A DNA stretch of 64,000 nucleotides from Octopus bimaculoides (GCF_001194135.2 NC_068981.1:134705465-134769464), one strand, 5' to 3'. Shown: positions 39,448 through 53,202, counted from the stretch's first letter. Notes: generated from the letters alone by a model not told the origin. Translations and numbers: made by a program.

Positions 39448-41162
39448 GTCTACCAGCTTAATGTCATCAGTTGACATTTATTCTCTCCCTTCTCTGACAA
39501 GGTCTCCTACTCAAAACATTAGCCTTTCTTTCTTCATTATAACATGAAATATTATTCCACTGTTTCAATTACTTATGTTATTTTTTACCAATGCATGGAA
39601 TAACTCGTTTCCTTAGATTCTACTGCTTTACAATTTAAAATAGGTTTCAAGGATATAAAAATACTAAACTGTTTAACTAATGAGAAAGTAAAATAAACAC
39701 AAAGTTGTTCAGAGACTATAATTCTTCCAGAATAATTATATTTATTTTACTAGAATCAATATTTTTACCTATACAACCTGATTCTAGCTTGAATGCTTTA
39801 AAGAGAATGCAGTAGATTTCTCCCTCCCTTTTTTTTTTTTTTTTGGTAATTTTTTTTTTCTTTTGCAAATTCTTGGACCCTGTTGTAATGCATGTTTCCT
39901 TGGCAAAATATGTGCATGTCTACCAACCTACCTTCCTGATATTTTGCTTTTGTTTGAGCTTTTACTTTGGCAGTAAATTTGTGCATGTGGCCTTCATCTG
40001 CTTCAATAGTTTATATAATGTAATCATTAACTTTTTTAAGAATTACTCAATTTTTTCAGCCCTGTTTTAACTTCTGTTCACTTTCCACATAAAACTACAC
40101 CATAAAATATTGCTGGCAAATAAGTAATATTAAAGAGATAGTAAAGAGATAACTAAAAGGATACATGGTTTATACAAATCTAGGAAACATATTACATTTA
40201 TTCTTACTTATCTTTCTCTCTGTCTCTTTCTCCTACTACCTTCCTATCTATCTATCAACTTCCCTGTAGCTTATGTTGGTTGACACTACCAAATTGTACA
40301 ATATTGACCAAAGGTATCAAAATTGTGAGGATATATGGTTAATAACTATGTGGGGTTGAGTTTGTCTACATTCATTGTATGTGTTTGTTACTGTGCCACA
40401 TTTCTACTATATATATATATTGAACGTGGTTGATGCCAGTTCTCCCTGATTGGCTCCCATGCCAGTGGCATATAAAAAGCATCATCCGAATATGGTCGAT
40501 GTCAGTGCCCCTGACTGGCTCCCATGTTGGTGGCATGTAAAAAGCGCCCACTACATACTGAGAGTGGTTGGTGTTAGGAAGGGCATCCAGCTGTAGAAAC
40601 ATTGCCAGATCAGATTGGAGCCTGGTGCAACCCACTGGCTTGCCAGACCTCAGTCAAACTGTCCAATCCATACCAGCATGGAAAGCGGACATTAAATGAT
40701 GATGGTGATGATGATGATGATTATATGTGTGTGTGTGTGTGTATATATATATATANNNNNNNNNNATATATGGGTGTGTAGATAAGTATATATGTGAGTG
40801 TTTATAAGTGAAGAAGTCTGTTTTGTAATCAAAAGTATCTTGACAATACCCTTGGGATGTTGCAACTGTGTTGATGTACCTGTAATTTATATCGCCAACC
40901 TTGGTAAGATTTGAACTCAAAAGGTAAAACAATGTAACTAAATGCCACAAAGCATTGTATCTAACACTATAAAATATATCAATCCACCACAGTAGGTATG
41001 TTTCTTATGATGACAATAGGTATGTTTCTTATGATGACATTAGCTAATTTCTGTAAAAGAGACGTTTACTCCTTATAGTTAATCAACCTCAGAAAGGAGA
41101 AAGCTAAATGGAATTAAATTCAGCAATGGTTGTAGTCCAGTACATTAGTGCTAATAGGAGTT

Positions 41163-41378
41163 ATAATAATAAGGGTTTCAAATTTTGGTACAAGGCCAGT
41201 AATTTAAATTGAAGGGGGTCAGTCAATTACATCAGCCCCGGTGCTCAACTGGTCCTTATTTTATCAACTCTCAAAGGATGAAAGGCAAAGTCAACCTTGG
41301 CAGAATTTGAACTCAGAACATAAAGAGCTAGAACAAATGCTGCTAAGCATTTTGTCCAGCTTGCTAATGATTCTACAT
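41163..41378 (-). mobile_element. SINE family C
   Basis: Family C core and head. Other copies at about 7156-7352 (+), 25205-25420 (-) and 54050-54270 (-). Confidence 0.8.
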
Positions 41379-41392
41379 TTGTAATAATAGAA

Positions 41393-41434
<42 letters not shown>

Positions 41435-41466
41435 AGGAAGAAGTGGCTAGTAAAAGACCAAAGTCC

Positions 41467-41501
<35 letters not shown>

Positions 41502-42691
41502 ATACAAGCACATAAACATATATACTATTAGATACATGGTCAAGTACACTCATGCCTACACAGGTACAGCTCTTTCATTACTCCTTCCCATGCTGTCTTT
41601 ATTAATTTCTCCTCTACCATCATCTACCATCTCAAACAAATCACCCTGTTCCTCTCATCATGCTTTTGTTTCCTTCTCTCTCTTACCTAATTCATTCTCT
41701 GTTGATACTTTTCTTCCGATCCCCTTCTTGGTCATGTTGTTTCAAACAGAGACTGGAATCTTTTGTGATGTACAAAGTAACCTCTCTGTTGCTGATGCCA
41801 TGATAAAATGCACCAAGTATATTCTATAAACGGTTGACAAATGAATAGGGATAACATAACTTTGAAAGAAACCTTTAGCCTGATCAAGGACATGTCAACT
41901 TCTCTAGTGCTCATGCCTCATTAAAATGCTTCCAGTACACTCTGTAAATGGTTGGCAATAGAAAGGGCATCCAGCCATAGAAATCAAACCAAAATTGGCA
42001 CATACTGTATTTTTCCAAATAATTTTCTCAAAAAAATCCCCATCAGATCTTATATCCAAAGTTGAACTTGTACCACATGCTTTCATGCACTCAAAACTTT
42101 TTTTCCTGCATATTGGGGTGTCTCTGATATGCTTGTATTCCTTGATTGTCCTTCAACCTGATTGAAAGGACAATAACTCCAAATAAGAATTGACTCAAAC
42201 TGTACTGGCCCGTCCAACTATTTCAGAGTTTAAAACGGATGTTAAAATGATGATGATGATGATGATGATGGTACATACATGTACACACCTGCACACACAC
42301 ATATTTAGCATTTATGCAAGTTGTGCAGGTGTATCTCAATCTGAATGAAAAAGACTTTGAATTATATTAGAATAATGATTCCAAAACAATATTAAATCTA
42401 AATTGGCTGTATCTATATTATCCGTTACATCCCTTCAGGTTGATTGGGGTGAGGTAGTTTATTAAGGGCTGTAACCTTCTGCTCTCAATTACTGACTGTG
42501 AACCTTAACCTTATATAAAACAGCATTAAAGTGTTCAGATTGTATCATCTATTTATTCAAGATTACTAATGAGTTATATCATGCAGTCTGTTTAGTAGAG
42601 AATGTTATCATCTCATTTACATTCAGATATACAAATTAGTAAATACAATAACTTTATTTCATTAATATATATCACTATTATCATCCTAATC

Positions 42692-43120
42692 ATAATAATC
42701 CTTTCTACTATAGGCATAAGGCCTAAAATTTTGGCGAGAGGAGTCTAATCAATTGCATTGCCCCTTGTGCTCAACCAGTACCCCAAAATGATGAAAGGCA
42801 AAATCAACCTCAGTGGCATTTGAACCCAGAACATATAGCCTGAGGAAATGCCACTAAGTATTTTATTGCATAAGGTAACAATTCTGCCTGATCACCACCG
42901 TTATCATAATTATCATCATCATAATAATAATAATGATAATCTTTTCTACTATAGGCGCTAGGCCTGCAAACGGGGGAAGGGGATAGTCAATTTCATTGAC
43001 CACAAAGGGATAAAAGTCAAAGTCGACCTCAGCGGAATTTGAACTCAGAACATAGGGACAGATGAAACACCGCTAAGCATTTTACCTGATGTACTAACAA
43101 TTTTGCCAGCTCACCGCCTG
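42692..43120 (-). mobile_element. Two tandem SINE family C copies
   Basis: Two heads (42900, 43118) and two (ATT)n tails. Confidence 0.8.
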
Positions 43121-44062
43121 GAAAATCATAATAATAACAATTCTATCTGTCTTTTTGAGCTGGCATAAGTTGGATGAGGTTGCTTAACAACAAATGTCTC
43201 AAATTTTCAATCTGGCATTGTCTTATGTATGAAATCCATTTTCCACAACTCTGATTTCGCTATTTAATCCCAGATGACCCTTGATAAATTTACTATTAGT
43301 TTCAACTGTCTTTCATCTCTGACACATGGTCATTGTACATTCAGTATATGTCAGTTATTAATATTATATGTCTGCAGTAGAATAGCCATCTCTCCTATCA
43401 TTTTTTTTTTTTATAAATTTTGTTTTCCTTTTCTTTTTTTCCCTTGCCACTTGTGCTTTCTCATAGATTAATATGACAATTTCAATGCATTGTACCCAAC
43501 TCTCCAGTTGCTGCAGAAAGAACATCAGTATTCACCATCATGTTTTGCTGCTGCAGAACATCACATTTCTGACACACATCTTAGAAAGCTACATTGCATA
43601 CTAAGTGAAAAATGTTTTCTTAGTTTTTTTTTTTATATAGGTATATGAATGTAGTGCCAAGTAATGGAAACATACAAACTCATAAATATAAACTAACATT
43701 GAACAGTAAGAATGATAGCTCAACACTGCATTGGAAGATAAATATTCTTTATTTGTGAGTTTACAAAGCAACCAATGGTTTCATGTTAGAATATCATCAC
43801 AATTGTTCAAGTCTGCTACATGGAAATGTTGGTACTCATCTCCATTTGGGATTTCATATGTGTGTGTGTGTGTGTGTGTAAATATATATAATATGTATGT
43901 GTATATATATATATATATATATCATTATCATCATCATTTAATGTCTGCTTTCCATGCTGGCATGGGTAAGATAGTTTGACAGGAGATGACTAGGCAGAAG
44001 ACTGCCCCAGGCTTCACTGTCTGTTTTGGCAGGGTTTTTATGGCTGGATGCCCTTCCTAACA

Positions 44063-44111
<49 letters not shown>

Positions 44112-45060
44112 TATCACCATTATTTAACATCCATTTTCCATGCTGGCATGGGCTGCACCAAGTTCTGCTGTCTGCTTTGTCATGGTTTCCATAGCTGAAT
44201 CCTTCCTTACACCAATCACTTTACAGAGTGCACTAAGTGCTTTTTTATATGGCACCACCACCAGTGAGGTTACCAAGTACTTGCAGGACAAATATCCCTC
44301 AACTGAAAGAAGAAGTGGTATTGAGGGAGGTGACTTTGTGCCAGGTAATGAGAGAGTAAACTATGATAGAGAGACATAAACAGGTATTTTGTTGTAGCGG
44401 AGATACATGGTTATTCCAGTTGGAAAAGGGAGAAAATGGTAATACAGAGAGGTGAATGTATAAATGGAGTGGTACAGAGGATTGAACAGAGTGAGTGAGC
44501 AGGGAGCTCACAAGAGTGCAAAGGGGGAGAGGGGAGGAGAAGGAGAATGCGAGTAGTGAAGCAGTAGTGTATAAGGGAGTGGCAGGGTAGCAGTGATACA
44601 GAGGGCAGGAGATAAAGATGACAAAGCATCACTGAGCCTCAAGAGTTGAGTGAGAGACTAGCATAGTGAATGAAGAAATGTATTTTGGTTCAATGAGGAG
44701 GTGGGGGGGTGAATTAATAGCCAGCATGGAAGGCAGACATTAAGCACTGACGGTGATAATGTGAGTGGCATACACAGCACTTCCAGAACTCTGTTTCACT
44801 CAGGTGGATGAGTCTGCTCAAGAATCCTCCCTATCACCAGACATTTCAATCCATTGTCATTTCCTCTGTGAGGCTCAACATCTTGAGATCAGTCCTCACT
44901 GCTTCATCTCAAGTCTTCTTGGGTTTCCTTCATCCACAGGATCCATCCAATTTTAGAAATGTACATGTCATTATACAACTGTCTTCATTCATATGCATCT
45001 CATGTCCAAACCATTGTATCGTTATGTTTAGCATATGTACAGTTATATATATATATATGT

Positions 45061-45117
<57 letters not shown>

Positions 45118-45165
45118 TGTACACACATACATATATATATTCATATCCACACATATATTTATATG

Positions 45166-45219
<54 letters not shown>

Positions 45220-45529
45220 CTCAGCATGACCACAGGTGCATATTGAAGCATGTAAAAATTATGTGTATATCTACATATACATACAACATTTGCTAAGAAG
45301 TGTCAAAGCAGACGGTTTAGTTTAGCTCAAACATGCACAAACATACACACACATACTGAACAACATTTTATTACTAATTTAGTTTTCCTTTATTTATCTG
45401 CTGAATCTGCCACAAATTTAGAGTAGAAATTCCAGACATGGAAGCAAAACCTAGAAACAAGAGGTCTTAAAATAAACCTTGTAAAGACAAACATTTTAGT
45501 TAGCAGCAGAGAAGGCAGGACTCTAATTT

Positions 45530-46272
45530 GATCTGGGAAGTGGAATTATGCAGAAAAATTTTTTAACAAGACCTCCATATGGTGTGCCTAAATGTAAATT
45601 ATAGGTGCACAAGAGATGTAGTGGAATTACCAGCAGGCTGACAGAGAAAGAAGACCTCATGCAGCTGATGCACAGGAATAGTCAGCAGTATGAGCACTCA
45701 TGAAATAAATTCATTCAAATGTTTGAAAAGTTTGCTTAAAGTAGTTGATAGCTTCTGTAAATGAGATGATCTAATAGTGCGAAGTGGGGGTGTTCTGAAA
45801 GTATGGTAGTCAAAGTAAGAATGGGGTGGAAAAAGTTCTTGGTTCAGAGGGATTTTTTATCTCTGGGTGAAGAGCAGATTGATTATTGTGTGAGGAATGC
45901 AACAGTAGTAAAACATGTGCACTGAATGCAGAAAATGTGCAAAAGGTGAAAAGAAATGAGGCAAGCATGCTTTACTGGATGTGTTATGTTACTGTGTAAG
46001 AATAATGGAACACAAATGAGCTGAGAGAAAAACTAAATATAAGACAAAGTAGATGTAGCATGCAAAAGTGGTATGGCCATATATGTATGAAGGATGGCAT
46101 TTGAATAATGGGGTACCAAACAATTCGAGTAGAAGGAACCTGTAGAAGAGGAAAACACAGGTAGTAATGAAAGCTGGTCTCAGGAGAGGACAAGTAATTA
46201 CAAGTGGCATAATATCATGCTACCTATACAAGCATAGAAAACAGATGCAAAATGAGAATGATGATGATGATG
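45530..46272 (+). mobile_element. RTE-clade LINE 3' remnant
   Basis: Degenerate frames GCSESMVVKVRMGWKKF, RNEASMLYWMC, ELREKLNIR...WYGHI, VEGTCRRGK; (ATG)n tail. Confidence 0.75.
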
Positions 46273-47344
46273 ATTATTATTTACTTGATTCATAAAACCA
46301 AAGCATTACATTGTCTTCACTTTTTATTAGTTTCTGTAGAGTAAAAGATAACTAGTTAATTCACAACATAATCCTCTGTTGAGGAAATCTTAGTTTATAT
46401 GAGATTTTAAAATGAAATAGCATTTCCAGTACTTCTCTGCATTTCCACATATCCATATATATATATATATATATATAGATATATTATTTTTTATTCTTTT
46501 ATTTCTATGTTCTTAAGTTTCATACTGCATGCTAATTCTGTCTCCTTTATATTTTTCTTTTCCCCTCGTGTCTCATAAATTTGTTTCATGTCTCTTTTTT
46601 TAATCACTATATGTTCCTCTCCCACCACTTTTACCTTCCAGTTGGTACTGCACTGTGTTCTAATTCCCAAAATCTGTTTTGTGTTAAAGAAATAAAAGAC
46701 AATCCTATTTTAGTCTGAGAGAAGCAGAATTATTTTTCGCTCTTCAATGACCAGCTTATGATAAAATGAATTTCCATTGTCTAAAGCCTCACCTTAAAAC
46801 ACTTCACTAAAAAAAAAAGTTTGTACAGTTAACCCTTCTTCTAAAATACCTGATTTTTTCATTTCCACAGATGGTGACTTCTTACCCTTCAATAACTCCT
46901 CAGTCATGCATGCAGCTGATAGATTATTGATCAGTTATTTGGCATGATATTTCCAATATTTTATAAAAATTCTTCATCCTTATATCTGATGGAGAAGCCT
47001 CTGAACTCGAAGAATATAAAAATATGATTTTGAGTCTGCAATGCTGCTTCATGAGTGTGAGTTGAAGTATGCTCAGTAAGCACACAGCAATGTTGCTCTT
47101 AGGCAGGAAGTTTCTTAATGTATAACCGAGATATGGCTGTAGAATAAGTGGTGGGCATGGTGGGTCACATGCAGAAGATGAAAGATAAATTAATGTGCAT
47201 GTATATGTGTGTGTATGTATACACACACATACACATATATATATATACACACACACACACATATATATATGTATGTTTATATGCACATTTATATGGGTGT
47301 ATACCTGTGTATTTATGTGCATATTCCTCTTTCAAAAATTTCAG

Positions 47345-47722
47345 GCTTTTTGACAGAATACTGAGGTGTTGGGAAAATGCTTTGTGGTGTTTAGTCAACT
47401 CCTTTACATTCTCAGTTGAAATCCTACCAAGAGCAACTTTGCCTTTCATCCTTATGGGCTGGATAAAATAAGTACCAGTCAATTTCTGGGGTTAGGGATA
47501 TTGACTACTCTCCCTTCCTTCAAAAACACTGGTCTTGTACCTAAATTAGAAACAAAATATTATTATTATTATTATTCCAGCAAGGTCAACTTTGCCTTTC
47601 ATCCTTTCGGGGTTGATAAAATAAGTACCAGCTGAGTACTGAGGTCGATGTAATTGACTCATCCCCTCTCCTGAAATTTCAGGCCCTGTGCCTATAGTAG
47701 AAAGGATTATTATTATTATTAT
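47345..47722 (+). mobile_element. SINE family C: an old copy followed by a younger 5'-truncated copy
   Basis: Two family C cores, each ending in (ATT)n. Confidence 0.78.
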
Positions 47723-47806
47723 ATTTTAAAAAGGATTGACATAACTCTTCACAAAGGTAAACAGTCAAGACGAAAAGCGCAATTCGATTGTAAGATATTT
47801 TATTAG

Positions 47807-47849
47807 TTGGACGATATTTCAACAGTACGCCTGTCTTTGTCAAGTTCAA
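47807..47849 (-). ncRNA. Minimal type I hammerhead motif, U3-A8 variant (left PLE arm)
   Basis: Minus strand TTGAAC-TTGACAA-A-GACAG-GCGTA-CTGTT-GAA-ATAT-C-GTCCAA; one mismatch in stem I. Confidence 0.68.
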
Positions 47850-48937
47850 AATAAGAAGTGATAAAAATTCAAAATTATAGAAATTTAAACGTAAAGTATG
47901 AACGAGAGCAACCAGTGTCCACATGCTGATGGAATGACGTCATCAGTTTTTAAGTTACAATTTTTTAACAGGCAAAAAGAAAATGGCAGAAAAAAAAAAC
48001 AGAAAAAAAGAAGACGACAGAAAAAAAAGGAAAGAAAAAGAGAGAAAGAAGAATGTTTAATTAAACAGTTTTGTATAAATTTGATGATATTCTCCTGTCA
48101 TCTTATTCTTTCCTCCAGGGCGTGATGTTAATAACCCGCAAACATATTTCTCCTCATACATTCTAAGAAATGAAAGTGAAGCAGATTCAGAATATTTTCT
48201 GAGAATATGCACTTTCAAGTCTTCTTCAAAATTGCAGACACTTGAAACGAAATGTTCAGCAAGTTCTGTCAAACTACTGTTATTGTGCCTGACGTCGAAT
48301 CTGTGCCCATTAAACCTTTTGTTTAATTGTTCTGTTGTACAACCAACATAAATTAAGCTGTGTTTCATGCATTCTGCAGCGTACACCAAATGGGAATCTT
48401 TACATGTTCCACCTTCTGTATAAATCATAACATTTCTGTTATGATTTCTGATGGAATTCACTTCACTAATGTTGTTGCATAATGAACAGGGCTTACCTCT
48501 CTTGCAGCTGTTCTTTAAGGTACAGCGTGCAGATACTACAATGTTTGTTTTCTTGGAGTCAGATATAGAGGTCAATAATTCTCTTATATTCTTATTCCAT
48601 CTAAAGGCTTCAATAGACAGCTGAGGAAATATCTGTTTGAAGTGAGGATATTTGAAATGCATTTCAAAAGTGCTGCATGAAAGTTACCAGCATATGGCAA
48701 AAAAATATCATCAAATTTATACAAAACTGTTTGATTAGACATTATTCTTTCTCTCTTTTTCTTTCCTTTTTTCTCTGTTGTCTTCTTTTTTTCTGTTTTG
48801 TCTTTTTCTTTTTGCCTGTTATAAAATTGTAACTTAAAAACTGATGATGTCATTCTATCAACGTGTGGATGCTGGTTGCTCTCATTCATACTTTACATTC
48901 AAATTTCTATAATTTTGAATTTTTATCACTTCTTATT

Positions 48938-48980
48938 TTGAACTTGACAAAGACAGACGTACTGTTGAAATATCGTTCAA
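48938..48980 (+). ncRNA. Minimal type I hammerhead motif, U3-A8 variant (right PLE arm)
   Basis: TTGAAC-TTGACAA-A-GACAG-ACGTA-CTGTT-GAA-ATAT-C-GTTCAA. Stem I is 6 bp perfect, stem II 5 bp, stem III the palindrome ATAT; predicted AUC cleavage after 48974. Confidence 0.72.
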
Positions 48981-49024
48981 CAAATAAAATATCTTACAAT
49001 TGAATTGTGCTCTTCATCTTGACT

Positions 49025-50163
49025 ATTATTATTATTATTATTTTATGTTTGACTTTTGTTTTGCATTTGTACAAGTTGGATCCAAGTCTCACCCAGAGAC
49101 CTCAAGAGACAACAAGTTAGAAGTTCATGTAGGTGTTATGCCTAGGGTACCATATATTTGGATTTGTACAGTTTTGTTCAAGTGAATGTTTAAGAAACCA
49201 TAAGAAAATTATGTTTGCTTTAAAATTTGAGATCACATAGACAGTATTTTACGTAGGATATGGGCAGTTCCCATGAGCACTATCTTTTGGACTTCAGCCA
49301 TTTTGGGGTTTCCTGGTATCTGAGCTAGGTAGTAATCAGCCNNNNNNNNNNNNNNNNNNNNNNNNNNNNNNNNNNNNNNNNNNNNNNNNNNNNNNNNNNN
49401 NNNNNNNNNNNNNNNNNNNNNNNNNNNNNNNNNNNNNNNNNNNNNNNNNNNNNNNNNNNNNNNNNNNNNNNNNNNNNNNNNNNNNNNNNNNNNNNNNNNN
49501 NNNNNNNNNNNNNNNNNNNNNNNNNNNNNNNNNNNNNNNNNNNNNNNNNNNNNNNNNNNNNNNNNNNNNNNNNNNNNNNNNNNNNNNNNNNNNNNNNNNN
49601 NNNNNNNNNNNNNNNNNNNNNNNNNNNNNNNNNNNNNNNNNNNNNNNNNNNNNNNNNNNNNNNNNNNNNNNNNNNNNNNNNNNNNNNNNNNNNNNNNNNN
49701 NNNNNNNNNNNNNNNNNNNNNNNNNNNNNNNNNNNNNNNNNNNNNNNNNNNNNNNNNNNNNNNNNNNNNNNNNNNNNNNNNNNNNNNNNNNNNNNNNNNN
49801 NNNNNNNNNNNNNNNNNNNNNNNNNNNNNNTGTTGTTGGCATATACGACATAATGGGGAGCTGCCGTTCTTTAATATGTTGGCCTGGTAGTTCTTTGTAG
49901 GTAGGCATTGATCTTGGGCTGCTATGATAAACCCCTCTGTTTCTGATTTCAATCCAGAGGCCATTAACCATTGGTGGGTAAGGGCTTTGTCAATATCTGC
50001 ATTATTCGCTCTCTTTGGGTATTTGCCATTGAGAGGTTTTCCATGCCATTTTTCAGTCATAATAGCTAAGGCAGCAATTTTAGCACGGGTTTTCAAGCGC
50101 TTAGCTTTTTCTGTAGGTGTTTCTAGTTCGTCTAATTCTTGAATTTGTTGCAATTGGAATTCA
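49025..50163 (-). mobile_element. Dong/R4-like LINE 3' fragment spanning an assembly gap
   Basis: KWHGKPLNGKY...LKSETEGFIIAAQDQCL...CRIC[gap]...QKIVLMGTAHILRKIL-stop, then a 3' UTR with a (TAA)n tail; the 5' end also lies at (TAA)n. Confidence 0.9.
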
Positions 50164-50199
50164 CTATTATTATTATTATTGGTGGTGGTGGTGTTGTTA

Positions 50200-50520
50200 T
50201 TATAAGTTATATTAGCACAGATGTTGTCTTGAGGTTTGGTAACAACAAGTTTCCTCAAGTCTCAAGAATCATTCTTAGGATTCTTGCAGAATACTGGATT
50301 GTACTTTTCTGCAAGTCAACAATCTGAGTGTTAATTTCAATATCCTTCAGCTTCTGAGGTAGCACTTTGGGTGTTTGTGCTAATTGCACCGATTATCACA
50401 GGAATAATTGTCATCTTAGTCTTCTGCAGTCTTTTCATCATTCTGGTTAGGTTCTGATATTTCTCAATTTTATCATTTTTTTTTTTTTGTATCAATTCTA
50501 TTATCATATGGTATTGCAAA
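50200..50520 (-). mobile_element. Older Dong/R4-like REL endonuclease remnant
   Basis: KIEKYQNL....IIPVIIGAIS and, in a second frame, DLQKSTIQYSARILRMILET-stop. Confidence 0.7.
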
Positions 50521-51213
50521 ATCTATGATATTATTACATTTTATTATCTACATTATTATTATTATTGTGGATTGGCAGAATTGTTTTTATTCCAGCTCCT
50601 TACATTCTGCATCCAAGTTCTGGCAAGATCAACTTTGTTTTTCAGCAGTTCAGTTCAATAAAATGTAGTACCATCCAAGAAATGTGGTCTGTTTAATTAA
50701 CTAATCCCTTCAGCAAAAACGTTCTGGCCTTGTGCTTGTGTTGAAAATTGTTGTTCTTGCTGTTGTTGTTATAAGCCAAAGCTTCCTTAAATTAACTCTG
50801 AATCTCATGTTGCTAGTTATTCATATGACTGAAATAGTGAAACCCCCATAACAATATATAAGCAAAACTATTCACAAATACATTGAAGTATAAGTCATTG
50901 AGATTTGTTCAGGTTCTGAAAAACCTTTTGAATATTCATCACACATTTGTCTATTCAATTTTCATACACAGAACATGTGATACATTCATCTATTTACATG
51001 CAAAGATACATGAGGTTTTCATGTCTCCAGTATCATATGTATAGAACACACATAAGCAGAGAAGGCAGCTATTGTTTATGATGTTTTAGTATTGATGACT
51101 ATATGAATTTTTTTTTTCTTTTTAATATTATATGACATCTTTCAGAGTGTGATAATTGAATTATGTAGATAAATTATTTTAATCACTTGATAGTTAAAAA
51201 TTTCTTAGTAAAT

Positions 51214-51598
51214 AGGTGCAGGCATGGCTGTGTGGTTCAGAAGCTTGCTTTGCAACCACATGGTTTCAGGTTCAGTCCCACTACACAGCACCTTGGACAA
51301 GTGTCTTCTGCTATAGCCCCAGGTGAACCAATGCCTTCTGAGTGAATTTGGTAGATGGAAACTATGGAATCCCGTCATGTACATATATGTGTGTGTGTAT
51401 GTGTGCTCATGTTTGTCCCCCAACACTGCTTGACAACCAGTGTTGGTTTGTTTACATCCCTGTAACTTACTGGTTTCATAAAAGAGACCAGTAGAATAAG
51501 TAGTTGAGTTGATTTGTTTGACTAAACCCATCAAGGCAACACAATACCCCTTGCATGGCTGCAGTCTAATGACTGAAACAAGTAAAAAATAAAAGATG
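51214..51598 (+). mobile_element. SINE family A, older copy
   Basis: Same head, body and tail, more diverged. Confidence 0.82.
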
Positions 51599-52122
51599 TA
51601 TACCTATTGAAGTGTCTACAAGGTTTCATCAATTAGGATTTTTTGTTTAAATTTTAAAAGGTTGCAATGGAATGTCATACTTCAAAGAGAGACATAAGTC
51701 ACACATTGAACAATTAAAGTAGGAAGGTGTATGTCATATTAAGATCTTTATTAGAAATAGTGTTAATGTAACCTACAGTTACATCAAAACCTTTGCTGGT
51801 CCCATGGCCAAGAAGAAACGGAAGAAATCTGTATAAACTACACCACACTCACCTCTAATTTCAACAACTTCAATATCTACCCACCAAAAGGTGTGTTTTA
51901 TAAGGCTCACTGAAAATCCTTTTTAAAATGTGTGGCACAGCTTCTGCCAGTGTTTTGGGCAACCAGTTAAATCTCTGTATGATTAATTATATTTCCATAT
52001 GTTTATGAAGATATTTGTTTATATATTGTCAAACTACTTCCCTTCATCAATTGGTTAAATAATCAGTCATGTGAAACCCAGATTTATGAGTCAAAAAGCT
52101 TTGTCTTATGTATGTATGTATG

Positions 52123-52166
<44 letters not shown>

Positions 52167-52173
52167 TACATAC

Positions 52174-52221
<48 letters not shown>

Positions 52222-52341
52222 GCACCTCCACTCATATATATCTACTACATATATACACAAATATCTATATGAATATACACAACTAACCAGACATGGTATC
52301 AAAATGTATTGTTTTTTATATATATATGTATGTATATGTAG

Positions 52342-52590
52342 TGGAGGCTCATGGCTTAGTGCCTGGAGTATTGGACTCATGATCATAAGATTGTGATTCC
52401 AATTCCTGGATCAGGCAATGCATTGTGTTGTTGAACAAAACACTTCCTTTCACATTGCTCCAGTCCACTCAGCTGGCAAAAATGAGTAATCCTGCGACGG
52501 ACTGGCATTCCGTCCAGGTGGGGAGTATATACGTCATTGAAACTGGGAAACCGGCCCTCATGAGCCTGGCATGGCTTGAGAAGGAAACTT
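52342..52590 (+). mobile_element. tRNA-derived SINE with a V/CORE-like central block
   Basis: A box TGGCTTAGTG; TTGCTCCAGTCCACTCAGCTG..AATGAGTA and CCTGCGACGGACTGGC..CCGTCCAGG. A related - strand copy lies at about 8100-8345. The superfamily label is from memory. Confidence 0.7.
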
Positions 52591-52612
52591 TATTTTTTGA
52601 TTTATGTATGTG

Positions 52613-52676
<64 letters not shown>

Positions 52677-53202
52677 TGTGAATATGTATGTATATATATA
52701 TATATAAATATATAAAAACAAAAAGATAAAGAGAGNNNNNNNNNNNNNNNNNNNNNNNNNNNNNNNNNNNNNNNNNNNNNNNNNNNNNNNNNNNNNNACT
52801 ACTTTTTAGTATGTTTTTTTCTTTGTTTTGTTTATTAATCACAATTCATCTTATTTGGTTATTTGATTGTACTTGAGATGCAATCATTCTTTTCAAAATT
52901 ATTAATTCTCCATTTCAGCCAAAATGGTTTCTGCTATTTTTCACTTTTACTTAACAATTAATACCTGATTCTATTGAAAGTCTTCATTGCTGCTTTACTT
53001 GACCAGTTTTTATTTCTTCTTTTGATGAAATCAGTGTGTCACTTTGCTAATGTTTCCTTTTTTTTTTTTTGTCATTCTCAGTTTTATTTTTTATTCATTC
53101 ATATATCCTTACTTAATGGAAGTCATCCAATGTCTTTGTGTGTATGTGTAACACTCATTGAGACTGCCCTTGTCTGAAATATAAAAATAACAATGTGCTC
53201 TT

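Larger units (their letters stand above)
47763..49024 (-). mobile_element. 5'-truncated Penelope-like element (Neptune-like) with an inverted copy of its 3' end joined head-to-head
   Basis: ORF 48057-48662 carries a Cys-rich linker (CKRGKPCSLC) and a GIY-YIG domain (LVYAAECMKHSLIYVGCT..KRFNGH). 47763-48091 and 48704-49024 are reverse complements, about 90 percent identical by eye. Confidence 0.92.

Noticed and set aside
46871-47180. Strong acceptor TTTCCACAG and exon-like composition
   Set aside because: The frame needed for SLC4 stops after two codons, and the other frames show no recognisable homology.
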